DNA of 60,091 nt, the filler included, from Catajapyx aquilonaris (Eukaryota): the NCBI GenBank assembly GCA_000934665.2. It is 2 parts of 2 records of this genome, joined end to end, with 100 filler letters (N's around TTAATTAATTAA, not from the genome) between each part and the next. Parts side by side here need not be neighbours in the genome. Positions count along the whole stretch, not along the records: positions 1 to 29,999 come from JYFJ02004702.1; positions 30,100 to 60,091 come from JYFJ02004703.1. The stretch is one strand, 5' to 3'. Both the position numbers and the translations under genes were made by a program. The notes beneath the pieces are model-generated. The model was not told the DNA's origin and did not search any database. It saw only the letters and a list, made by a program, of their open reading frames with translations. Below are positions 24,586 to 37,400 of the stretch, one piece after another (the stretch's first letter is position 1; every line of letters begins with the position of its first letter).

Positions 24586-27467
24586 CTCTGACATTGCCAA
24601 ATTGCAGAAACAATACGACGAGTGTCCTCAGCCAATATCACAGCACAACTGAAAGAAAAATTTACTTCATTATTCTCAGCGGGGATGTGTATCTTGTTAC
24701 CACGTATTTTTTAAAGAATAGGGCCTACTCCAAGTTCCTCATACAATCTTGACTTTTTATGGAGACGTTTTAGAAATCCTCAATGAGTTGTGAACAATTA
24801 TTTCGAAAAGTTGTGCTTTACGGTGTAAAAAGAAATCTCACATTGTGGCTCACTTTAGAATTCTAGACTTATTATAGGCCTACAGCCTAACAGTGAATCA
24901 ACACTTGATTATAAAATATATTGCGACCTAACGGGAAAATATCGTTATATATGTACCTTTTCTTTCTTTTGCCAGCTTCTGGAAATGCCAACAAAATGTT
25001 CTAGATCTAGATGGTGATCCTAATTTTAATCATCTGATTTGCGTAATATGAGTTCTGGACCAATCTAAACGCATGAACTTAGTTAGCAAAATGAAAGGCA
25101 GAATACTGCCAGAGAATTCATAATACATGGGTCGTCCGATAATTATTGGCAACACTGATGTAACTTTCGTACCAGTATGCCAGTTTGCCAGATGATCCAT
25201 GTGTGGTGTAAATCGGGAAATTAGATGTCCTGGACATATAAGAGTCCCCATCCGATCAGACACAGTCAGAAGTTGTTCTAGATAATCTATACGTATCATT
25301 AAATGCTTCCAAGTGACTTCTGTGTAGTGTGACGTTTCCTATGTCCCTGCTATGTCCCTATGACGTTTCAGAACAAACGCTGTAATAACGTCAATATGGT
25401 ATTAATTTTTGTAATCGGCTACTTACATAATTTATTAAGCTCACAACTCACAAGTCAGTACATAAGTCACAATAGGGGTTACGACACTAAATGAGGGGTG
25501 TGAGATCAAAAACGGCTAAGTAAAAAAACTGGTCGTAAAATGGCACTTAACTTTCAGGCTGGTACAATCTTGAAACCTTTTACGTCCATTATTATGCTGC
25601 CCGGTTCAGCTACATACGAAAATGTTCAATATACCCAATGACAACATTATTGCTGCAAGTATTTTTGTTACGCCTGTCTCCCAAAAATGGACGTTTTTGA
25701 TCTCACCCCCCTCAAATATTTGTAGCGTTTTTTCTACGTAGATATAGAGTTATACTGTTAGAGGATATCGAAAAGTACAGTGTAGAGCTATACTAAAATG
25801 AGTAAAATCACTCCAATCCTTCGGATGGTAACCTTAATAAACTACGGAGATGCGAGTGCTATGGAAAAATAACCCATATTGTAGCATAGAAAATAATGAT
25901 TATGATTTTCATGCAGCACTTCAAACTGAGTGGAATCCAGCCTAGGAACTTGGCACACCTTACAACAATAAATGAATGATTTATTGTAACTACTCAGACC
26001 AGTCGTGTTTTATTGGTTACCCGAAACAACATTATGATTATTATCATATATGTGACCGGAGAGAAATAGGTCATTCGATTGAACGTGCTTACCAATCACC
26101 TTATTTGAGTAAACAGCTCTTAGACACCGAACATTTGCAAAAAAAAATTAACAATGAGTCATTTTAATGAGATGAGACTGCCCTTGATGCTGGTAGTAAA
26201 ATATTCGAACAGGGAATTGGAAGCAACAACTGAACAGTAAGAAGTAAACTGCACAAATAATATGTTAAGTTAGTACTTCATGATTGTGAGCCCTAACCTG
26301 GATCTCGAGGGTAAGAATGCTGTGATGCTGCAGAATTCACAATCAAAAACCTTTAAGGACCATATTCTGAGGACGTGAAAGCAAATCTAAGCTTTTATAA
26401 AGCCGCGTGATTGAACAGAAACCTGGCCTTATACAGTATCATGATGCACCTATCAGAAGGAACGAGTAATCAGTTGATATCGGAATATTTGCAGATACAC
26501 TTTTACAAAAATACACGTCGCCTTCGAGGGAGGCTTCATGTTATACATATCGTATAGTCGCATACCATTAGACTGATTAGAGGAATCTATTGAGTCGACT
26601 GTGGATTTAATCACAGTTTCCATACAACCACGCAAATAATAGCCAAATGCACAAAATATGCAGTCGCATGATATCATCACTTCATCATTTTGGTAGTTGT
26701 CACTATTACGTACGTCTCTGGGTCACCCAAATATTGCAGCAAGAATATGCACTACTATTTAATAGGATATGAAGGCGAAGAATGTACGACACAATCAATT
26801 TTAAAAACTTTTTAATTTCCCAACCGTATTAACAAGAGAAGCGAATGAATATTCCGTGCAAATTAATGACCAGTTTGCAGAAGCATAATGATTGTATCCG
26901 TGTCAGCCAGTCACTTGAGCCATAAACAGCAGCATAAGTATACGGCGATGATAAATAATGTTTTTAAAGAACAAACGTCTCTATCTTGGCCCAACGACTT
27001 CGGAATTAATAAGATTCTTGGTGTTCTGCAAAAGGTAGGCTAAGTCTACACACATGGAGTACAAAATAAATTTTAACACTACACTATGCAATATGGTAGT
27101 GTACTGTATATGCCTACTTCATGTTTTGTGTGAAGACATATCTCACCCCCCCCCCCCNCCCCGCCTTATCTGAATGCAACTCAACGTCATGTAGCCTACA
27201 TGATAAGATTCCACAAGATATCTATCCCTTCCTGACACCTATTTTGATCCCAGAAAGCTTATGTTTTGAATATATGTCAGAGGAGTAGGACGCTTTGTCT
27301 CATTGTCATAATATATTGCTTAGGTCGATAGATTCAATCGCACTGGTTACTGAATTTATGCCCTGGGTTGGAGGAAAACCATACCCCTACTCTGTCATAA
27401 AGTATACTGTATATCAAGCCAAGCAATAAATTATGAGAAAAGGCCATTTTTGTGTATTCTATTCGAA

Positions 27468-27591
27468 ATTCTACTTTCTTGGTGAACATGTCCGTCGCAT
27501 TCTACTTTCTTGGTGAACATGTCCGTCGCATTCTACTTTCTTGGTGAACATGTCCGTCGCATTCTACTTTCTTGGTGAACATGTCCGTCGC
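27468..27591. repeat. Perfect 31-bp tandem repeat x4
   Basis: ATTCTACTTTCTTGGTGAACATGTCCGTCGC four times. The paralogous site at ~18702-18732 has a single copy. Confidence 0.95.
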
Positions 27592-28569
27592 AAATGCAAC
27601 ATACAATCAAGGCAGTTGGCCAGATGCAATAATAGTGAACATATATTATTATACCACTGCATAAGTGCAATGTTCAATGACGATTAAAACGTCTTGGAAT
27701 AATGTCTGCAGGCAGCAAATCTCAAGCCTAATAAATATATGGGGTATTATGCTTCCATTGAGGTAATTACGCAATAAAACCCCGAGATGGAAAGAGGAGG
27801 TTTGCCAAATGATGTGCTCAAAGGAACATTCCGGGATAAAACAATCAACCAGAGGAGGTCACCGTCCTGCTGACAGTAATATTTGACGCCGTTCGCATAT
27901 GGAATGTGCCCGGTTATACGCCGAAAAGTGCAGTGTAACATATAAGGCTTTGCTTCCTACGGTCAGTAGGTTAAAAGTAATAGAGATGTCATATAATATT
28001 TTGAAGTTGGAGTAAAACATGGCATTGAATATATTATGCTTATGTATACCGTTGTATATGCAACAATAATTAAGCACTATGATGATGTGATTCAAATGTC
28101 AACCTCCTACTTTGAAGAACATATGTTGCAATACAGAGTGATCCAAAATACTCGCCCAACAAACATGGCCATTTCTCGGAGCTAATATGCGTAATAAGTA
28201 ACAGTTACTTCTATACACAGTTACTTTTCATTTTAAAAAGTATTACATGCTAATAACAAGTTGAGTGTACCCATCCTTTATGAAGCTTGCAAGGGAATCT
28301 GGCAGACACAAGTCTGTTTGTCATTTATGTGATATACCAATAATAATATTATATTGTTCAAATTGGAAATTTCCAAACGGAAATACTTTTCAGTACACAG
28401 ATTGAACTGATTATTCAGTTCGGAGCAATATACAGTATTAGTGCTGGTAACTGATATTTTTGATAATCATCATTAAATGGTCATCTCTTATTAACCTGGA
28501 GAAGAGAATGATGGCCAGAATACTCTAGCAAAGGTTTGCTTTCAATTTCTTCTGTCATCGCCACGAGTA

Positions 28570-28648
28570 CTAGGGTAAGTCCTCCTCTTTTTAGGTCATG
28601 GCTGATGCGAATACATTTCTTCTGGTAACCGGAATACTTCTTTGCAAG
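28570..28648 (-). pseudogene. Truncated 3' remnant of a fourth BTB-ZF terminal exon
   Basis: Matches 19639-19720 (CKEVFRLPEE...KKRRT region). Similarity stops abruptly at ~28648. Confidence 0.75.
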
Positions 28649-29760
28649 GCTTGGTTACGAGACTGTTGGTGTAATGAGGTTTTGTTAATTTTTGAAAGAG
28701 TTCCATTTCAGCCGCCTTGAGAGACGGACGCACTGCAGATTTGTCCTCGAACTCAGTACATTGTGGTTGGTTTAACGTCTCCCGCGAGTGTTATTATATT
28801 TCTATACGTGGTCTCTGTACTCTGTTCACTGTCTTGTACTCACGTTGCATTGGTTTGACTTTGTTCGAATTTCGAGGTTTTGTTCATAATTTAAAGAGTT
28901 CCACATCTTGCAATACTGGTATCTTATTCCATTTTTATCATATAGACACGGTGGCACAGTCCAGCTACTGCCTAGGGGCAGGCCCAGGGTTCGAGCTGGT
29001 GCTTCAAATGTGCTGTATGTAAGGATAGCGGTTGTGGTTTGTTTGCTCAGGCAGCCTGTCGGAATTTTCCTGTGGCTTAATATTAGGCGTGACGTACTGT
29101 ATATTAAAATATATAGGTTGTTACATATGTACAAACTTTCTCCTTTATTAATAGAGACTCGCTTTGCGAGGTGGGGGGGCTACGCCCCCCCCCACACCCC
29201 CCCTTGGGGCTGCGCCCCAATTGGCGCGCCTTCGGCGCTATGCCCGTGTTCCGCCTAATCCATCCGTTTACAGAACCCGTGACGTCATCGTCCACCAAGG
29301 TATGACGGTATGCGCCCTAGCTGACGTATATGGTGAAAAAAGGAAAAGTGGGGTGGGGGCCAGGAGGAGTGGGTGTAACCATATGTGAGCTGAGAGGTCT
29401 CGGGAGATGAGGGTGAATGGGCCATTGTTCTTTCCCGGCTTAACGACAAACAGATGTTCCTTGTGGAGTGGGCAAAAGTCGACTTTTTGCCATCTCGAAA
29501 ACGGCTGGGAATTTTGGCATTTTGAGGATTTTTGGACAATGTACCGGTATGTCGACCGCAAGGAATCCAACGGAATTTCGACCACAGCTCTACGACCTCG
29601 GGAAGTGCGAAATCTTTTCCATCCTATATCCTATATCCTATATCCTCCTCGGCGTGGGGCTTTATATATATTAGAAGACTCGCTTTGCGAGGCGGGGGGG
29701 CTCCGCCCCCCCACACCCCCCCTTGGGGCTGCGCCCCAATTGGCGCGCCTTCGGCGCTAC
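28649..29760 (-). mobile_element. Tandem Helitron-like non-autonomous units sharing an ~85-bp GC hairpin module (29155-29240 and 29676-29759)
   Basis: The direct repeat carries stacked hairpins GCGCC-TTCG-GCGC, GGGGCTGCGCCCC and CTCGC-TTT-GCGAG. On the minus strand each module runs into TCTAATATATATAAA or TCTATTAATAAA, which resemble Helitron termini. A (TCCTATA)n microsatellite lies at ~29622-29646. The family assignment is an inference. Confidence 0.5.
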
Positions 29761-29801
29761 GCGTTCCCGCCCGGGCCTACCCACTTACCCAGCACCGCTA
29801 G

Positions 29802-29999
29802 AGAGCTGGAAATAATAACCTGGAGCTCGTCGTCAACGGACGAGTGACCAATGAAGCATGACAAATACCAGGATCACCACTACAGGGCTGGCAACAATAA
29901 CCTGGAGTATGTCGTCAACGGAGTGACCAATGAAGCAAGACAAATCCAGGACCACCACTACAGGGCTGGCAACAATAACGTGGAGTATGTCGTCAACGG
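29802..29999. repeat. ~78-82 bp tandem repeat (at least 2.4 copies) running into the contig end
   Basis: The unit GGCTGGCAACAATAACCTGGAGTATGTCGTCAACGGAGTGACCAATGAAGCA...CCACTACA is repeated up to the Ns. Confidence 0.85.
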
Positions 30000-30099
30000 N
30001 NNNNNNNNNNNNNNNNNNNNNNNNNNNNNNNNNNNNNNNNNNNTTAATTAATTAANNNNNNNNNNNNNNNNNNNNNNNNNNNNNNNNNNNNNNNNNNNN
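30000..30099. other. Artificial contig-joining spacer
   Basis: 44 N + TTAATTAATTAA (stop codons in all six frames) + 44 N, exactly 100 bp. Confidence 0.9.
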
Positions 30100-30196
30100 T
30101 ACCTTCCTGCATCGTATACCGCAGGGAGGGAACGTTTATTTCGTCTTGATGGAACCTTTTTGACGTAGCGCCGGGGCCCACGGGCAGGGTGACTAA

Positions 30197-30423
30197 AGGC
30201 CGCTTCACAAACTCGGCGTTGCGAAAGCGGGGCGAAATGCCCGTTTTACAAACCCGGATTTGCGCGAGCGGGGCGTACGGAGAGCGGAAAATTTGCGAAG
30301 GGCTATTCACAAATGCTGCGTGCGATGCGTTGCGCTGGCGTCCAATCGGGTGGACTTTCTGCGTGCGATGAGCGTAAGGCCCACACGCCACGCTTTCGCA
30401 ACGCCGAGTTTGTGAAGCGGCCT
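30197..30423. mobile_element. PIF/Harbinger-like (Tourist-type) MITE, 227 bp
   Basis: Perfect 33-bp TIR AGGCCGCTTCACAAACTCGGCGTTGCGAAAGCG with a TAA TSD (30194-30196, 30424-30426). It abuts a truncated SINE copy at 30100-30194. Confidence 0.85.
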
Positions 30424-30546
30424 TAACTCCCACAACACGCATATTCCCGAATCTTCTGACTATTCCTGCCTCAACAATTAACTTACATCAATAAAAATAA
30501 ATCAATTTGCATTCCCATGGAAATGCCTCTTTTTTTTAAGATATTT

Positions 30547-30845
30547 ACCTCCCTGCATCGTACTGCAGGGAAGGAACCTTTATTTCGTCTTGATGGAATC
30601 TTTTTGACGTAGCGCCCGGGCCCACGGGCAGGGTGACTGGGAGGGGATGTGCAAGGTGCAAGTGCAATTCTCAAACGGTACATTTTTTGAACTCCCCCGG
30701 GTGGATTAGTCTGAGGAGATTCCACCCGAAACGAAGACAGAGACGACCCAACTCTGCACGGGATGAAGGAGGGAACCCCGGGCTGGGATCGAACCCGGGA
30801 CCTTAACATCCATGGGAGCATACGTTTCCGCAGTACCACTTCGTC
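30547..30845 (-). mobile_element. tRNA-headed SINE, the most complete copy. Others at 30100-30194, ~41018-41225 and ~47925-48072 (opposite strand)
   Basis: On the minus strand: A-box-like AGTGGTACTGCGG (~30828-30840) and B box GGTTCGATCCC (~30786-30796). The body GCGCC(C/T)GGGCC(C/T)ACGGGCAGGGTGACTGGGAGGG...CCCCGGGTGG..AGTCT...CCACCCGA...ACCCAACTCT is shared by the three longer copies; the 30100-30194 copy stops at GGGTGACT. Confidence 0.75.
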
Positions 30846-31446
30846 TCCCCTAGGAAATGCCCTTATGCAACAATACCTAGCAAATTAAACCATCGCTGTA
30901 AATTCAACGTATCCACCAATTACACTAATTGGCCACCTCACGTGAGTTCGTATCTTATGGTCATTCCGGGATTTTGTGGGATTTGAATGTCGACTTCCAG
31001 ACAAAAGTAAATACAATAAAATAATACAGTATTTACAAATATTACTCCGTGTTGAAAACAAAATTTCCCAGCATGCATCTGTAGGTACATTTCGTAAGTT
31101 CTACAGAGCAAACATATGGAACGAGGTGGGGGTGTGAAGTGGGGTTGGGGGGTCAAGGGGTCAAAAATGCAGGGGAAAAGACACATGGCTGTGCAGTCTT
31201 TTCCTGGGCCAACTCCATCCGCATTCCTCTTTTTATTACACATCCAATCAGAATATCTGTGTCAACTATACGCTATAAGACAAGCAGGTAATCTATCACA
31301 AATAGTGACAAACTTTGGCTTCTTGTAACTTATAGGGCCTATTTTAAGACATCGAGTTTCGAGTGTATGGAAGGGAAATTTTTTACATACAAACACACTT
31401 CCTAAAATACTGTATATGTACCCCTACCTTTACCAGCACCCCAACA

Positions 31447-31475
31447 TACCCGGGCAACGCCGGGTAACCTGCTAG
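31447..31475 (+). mobile_element. Helitron 3' terminus (5' end not located)
   Basis: Hairpin TACCCGG-GCAACG-CCGGGTA followed 5 nt later by CTAG and then T, the canonical Helitron 3' end. Confidence 0.65.
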
Positions 31476-33403
31476 TGACCAATATTAGAGTTCCTATAGC
31501 GTTAACAAACACTATCTGACAGGTCTCAAACAATGTGTTTCATTGAATGTCTATTTATTTGTCACGTGTATATGCTTATTGCAGATTGATTTACACATCA
31601 TTCACTTGTAGGAAAATGTTATGATCGTTTGTGTGAGTAGGAAGGAGCCAAAGCAACCATGGCGGTTTGGTTATCAGGCAACGTAAAGATGCATAGATGA
31701 AGATAGGGACAAAGACAGAAAAGGCAGTATCTCCTTGGTCTGTCATCGCCTAACATAGACCCTTCCAGCTTGGGTGACCATGCCATTAGATGGAGCTACT
31801 GCTGACGTAGGTCTTCCAGTTGTCAGAGACCCAACCCCACAACAAAGTAGAGATGCAAGTACCATCAGGGGTATGGTGGGGGAAGAGACAGAGAAATGCC
31901 ATGACACTATGAATGAACTCTTAATTTTTCCATAGGGCTGCAAAACAAAGGGTCCTTATGGTTCACTAGTTAGAAGTCATGCTTCGTCTAGTGATTGGTA
32001 ATCAGTTGAATGGCAAATTTAATAATTTCCTGCACTACTTCTTGGACAGAGCTATGCAGTTATCCTCCTGACATGCATCTGTTATGTTACACTGTGTGTC
32101 AACCTTGTAATTATATTCCAGCAGGATAATGTAATTAAAGGCCCTTTTATTTTTGACTCTAAAGACAGTTTTAGTGCTATGCTTGCTTCCTAACTTGTTG
32201 CAGCATACTGTGTGGAAATACTGTCAGTCAGCTTGAGACAGATTTCTCAGGCAAAAGTCAATTTGAATTTTGATGCACACCCAGCAAATACAGTGAAACC
32301 ATTATACAGCAGAAGCATCCCAAAAATATTTGTTGTGTAATGGCAAGTGTCTACTAATATGTAATGTGCAACAGAAATGCACTGGAAATCCAAAATTATG
32401 AATTGAACAGGCTTCTGGTATATCTGCTACAAGCATGTTGAAACATGCAGGCTATGTCAGATTAATTTTCATTAGTATTCTATTGCAATCCATGCACATT
32501 ATGCCATGGAAAGACTGCTGGACCAGTGTGCAGCTGAACTGCCATGCCGACCAACCAGGCGATACTATTCTCAATTGTGGGAAGAGCACTGTGATTGGCT
32601 GAGAGCCAGGAGTGGCAGATTCACATACAATGTCCAACTTCTTTATTCAGATTTCCCCCTGCATACCATACAATCAACATCCCCATCTGCTCTGCTCCTC
32701 CCAGCCAATCACACCAGCTGAATGCTTCCTTCTTGGCAATGGAGAATAGGAATCACCTGGCAGGAGGTGTGTCAGTTCAGCTACACACTGGGCCAGTCCT
32801 GTTTACTGATATGCATGATGTTTATAGGAACAGATAAGGTCATTCATCCCACATTACCATTAAACACAATGCCTTTTTTGGTCATATTACAGTACAATAC
32901 AAGCTACTGGTCAAAAGACCATTTGATTACCCAAGTGGTTGGCCATTCATGTAATCAGGTGTTCACTTGGTGTTGTAATCACAACCATTCTCTATTGTTT
33001 CTGTATGAAAAAGATTGGTCCCCGACACAACCTAATGTAATTTTTATTCTTGAGTAAATTGAACGGTGTTGAGCAAGATATGCAGGGTGGGATTTCACAA
33101 TTAGCTGTACCTTAGTTGCACCCCTTACCTGGAGGAGGGCAAGTTGGTTCACCAATCTGCTGGTAGTGCACCACATGAGCTCTAGGTGCCCGAGATCACT
33201 AAGTAACTGCATGTATCAGTTTCTTTGTGATAGTTTACAGAGACTTATTATCATCACATACCTGGTAGTCTGAAAAAACCTTTGAAGTCATGATAACTTA
33301 AGCAACAAAATGGCAAAAGGTATGGAAATTCATTAAAGTAGTAGGTACAGTACATGTTGGAATATTTTATTGTAATAAATCTTTGTATGGAAGTCTTTTT
33401 AGC

Positions 33404-34441
<1,038 letters not shown>

Positions 34442-37400
34442 ATGTCTGGAGAAGTGGAGGGGTTTGGAGGCGGTGCTCCTGATGGGTACTCGTCGGAGCC
34501 CGAGCTGGACACTCGTCGAATGGTGCAGGAGCAGAACAGGAAGAAGAAGAAGTCTGGGGGTTTTCAGTCGATGGGTCTCAGCCAGGCGGTGTTCAGGGGC
34601 ATCATGAAGAAGGGATACACGATACCCACCCCTATCCAGAGGAAGGCCATCCCAGTGGCCCTGGAGGGGAAGGATGTGGTGGCCATGGCCAGGACTGGGA
34701 GCGGGAAGACAGCCTGCTTTCTCATCCCGCTGATGGAGAAGCTGAAGGCGAGGTCTGCCAAGGCAGGGGCCAGGGCACTTGTGCTGTCCCCCACTAGAGA
34801 GCTGGCAGTGCAGACACTCAAGTTTTTCAGGGAGATTGGGAAATTCACAGGACTCAAGGTAATGGTATATTCTGTTGAGTTTTTTAACTAGTTAGTTACG
34901 ACTAGCAGAATCAGGTTCAAGTATGACATGCCACCAATACCTGGTTACCTGATTTACATTTAACTACCTAGGTGTGGAAAATCTGCACAGTACTTGACAA
35001 TATGCATTGAACTTGGTCCACAGGCAGCAGCTATACTTGGAGGTGACTCCATGGATGCCCAGTTTTCAGCAGTGCATGAGAGCCCTGACCTGATAGTGGC
35101 CACTCCTGGAAGATTTGTTCACGTTTGTGTGGAGATGGAGCTGCGCATGAGTGCTGTTGAAATTGTTGTTTTCGATGAGGCAGATCGTTTGTTTGAAATG
35201 GGTTTTGGAGAGCAGCTGCATGAGATCTTGAAACGCATCCCTGAGCATCGCCAGACGATGCTGTTTAGTGCTACACTGCCAAAGATGCTTGTGGAGTTTG
35301 CACGGGCTGGCCTCTCAGACCCAGTACTCATCCGATTGGATGTTGATACCAAGATTCCTGAGAATCTTAAGACGGCATTCCTTCACTGTCGATCGGAGGA
35401 TAAGCCAGCCATCTTGCTACGATTACTCAAGGAAGTCATCAGACCTTCAGAGCAGAATATTATTTTTGCTGCCACCAAGCATCACGTTGACTATGTGCAT
35501 ATGGTAAATACGATACATTATTCCTTACATTTCGATTTGGGACAAGATCAGAAGCTGTGAATACATATTGTGACATTGAAGAGAGCATCAATGTAGCATA
35601 TTACAAATTCTATTAATTTGGTTCCACTGGCTAGCCCAAACATTGATGTGACCTATGTTTGCAACCCATGTTTTCTCTATTTGCACAGCACAAAGAGGGA
35701 ATAATGATGGATGCATTTTTCATTTTGCACTCCCATTATGAAAAATGTTACTGCATTATAATAAGAAATGGATGTGAATATGGAGAAGACAGGAATATGA
35801 TTATTAAAATACTGCCTTAATCTTTCAGCTCCTTGAACAGGCACAAATCTCGTCAACCTTCATATACTCAAGTCTAGACCCATCAGCACGTAAGATCAAT
35901 GCAGCCAAATTTCAGAGCAGGAAGGTCTCAGTGTTGGTGGTAACAGATGTGTCAGCCAGAGGAATTGATATTCCCCTGCTTGACAATGTCATCAACTACC
36001 ATTTCCCTGCTAAGCCCAAGCTGTTTGTGCACAGGGTGGGGAGGGTGGCAAGAGCAGGAAGGTCGGGAAACTCCTTCAGTCTGGTGGCACCAGATGAAAC
36101 TGCCTACCTTCTGGACCTGCATCTGTTCTTGGGAAGAACAATGGAGATGGTGCCCTCTGTTGGATTGGAGGAAGGAAAAGAGCAGGATGGTGTGATTGGG
36201 GCTGTCCCTCAAGAAATTGTGGATGACGAAGGGGAGACCATTGCAATCTGGCATGAATCAAACACTGACTTGGTGAGACATTTATTTGTTAGCAGCTAGC
36301 ACTCTAAGCAACCATTGAATCATTTTGGGAAACAACACAGACTGCCCCTCAGGTATCTCAGGCGGGCATTTTTACATACACATAATTATGTAAAAGTATG
36401 GCTTTTGTGTCTAAAATATATACTGTTTAAAACATCAGTTATTTCCACAATCAACAGACGAAAATGGTCTTGCATTGCAGATATGTGTGCCACACCTGTA
36501 CTTTTCATAGTAGCCTACAGTGTGATACACAGATTTTTTAAACCAATTGCTTTCTACTCTTCATAAAGCAGCTAAATGAGCAGAATTACATTAGCACTAT
36601 ACCTTTCTTATAGGACTACTCTGTACAATTAGACTACTGTCATTTCAGGAGAACATGGTGAAGGTATGCGAGAATGCATATCGTCTTTATATTCGGTCCC
36701 GACCACCAGCATCAAAAGAAAGTGTCAAGCGTGTCAAGAATATCCCCTTCTCTCAGGCTGGACCTCATCCTGTCTTCTCATCCAGCAGAAATAACAAAGC
36801 AATACAGATGCTGCAGCAGATGAAGAACTATAGACCGAGCAATGTACATTATGTCATTCAATTCCAATTTGTAGATCTGAAACTAACAGTTATTATTCTT
36901 ATATTTAGACCATATTTGAAATTGGCCCAAAGGCAGGGTCATCTGTTGTGAATGTCATGAGAGCCAAGAGGGAGCATCACCAAGATGTGATAGAGAGGAA
37001 TCGTAACAAAGCAAAAGAGACACCGGTCACTCGTAGCGCAGGACAGAAGAACACTGAGATGGAAGGCAGTACAGAGGCTGAACTAGACCAGGTATTCCAA
37101 ACTGTCATCAAATCCAAGAAGAGGCCGGGATTAAATGCAGTTGAATCAAGGAAGAAGAGCAAACCAACCAGGGATGAAAATTATTACGTACATCACACAG
37201 CTCCTGATCAGCACACTGAGACTGGGTTAGTTTTGTGCATGCCACATTTTTCTTTAGCATTTGCATTTTAATTATTGAAATAAGGTACACCGGGGTAAGT
37301 GGAACCGCGAATTTGAATAGATGAGTTTGTTTTCGTTACTGCTGGTGTGTTTAACAAATAATTCCAATCAAATTTGGCACATGCAGTCTATGACATGTTC

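Larger units (their letters stand above)
22000..28648. repeat. Segmental duplication copy 2
   Basis: Paralogous to copy 1, but lacks the 13.5-15.6 kb inserts and the 15661-16923 transposon. Confidence 0.9.

Noticed and set aside
27468..27591. CRISPR-like 31-bp repeats
   Set aside because: The units are directly adjacent with no spacers, there are no cas genes, and the context is eukaryotic.
30698..30735. Hammerhead ribozyme-like CTGAGGA...GAAAC in the SINE body
   Set aside because: No stem II forms between the motifs, and the other copies read CTGAAGA/CTCAAGG and GAGAC, so the catalytic core is not conserved.
31650..33200. Scattered 60-110 aa ORFs downstream of DPM1
   Set aside because: I could not build a coherent spliced model or recognise a domain. 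It may be decayed TE or pseudogene sequence; BLASTX is needed.
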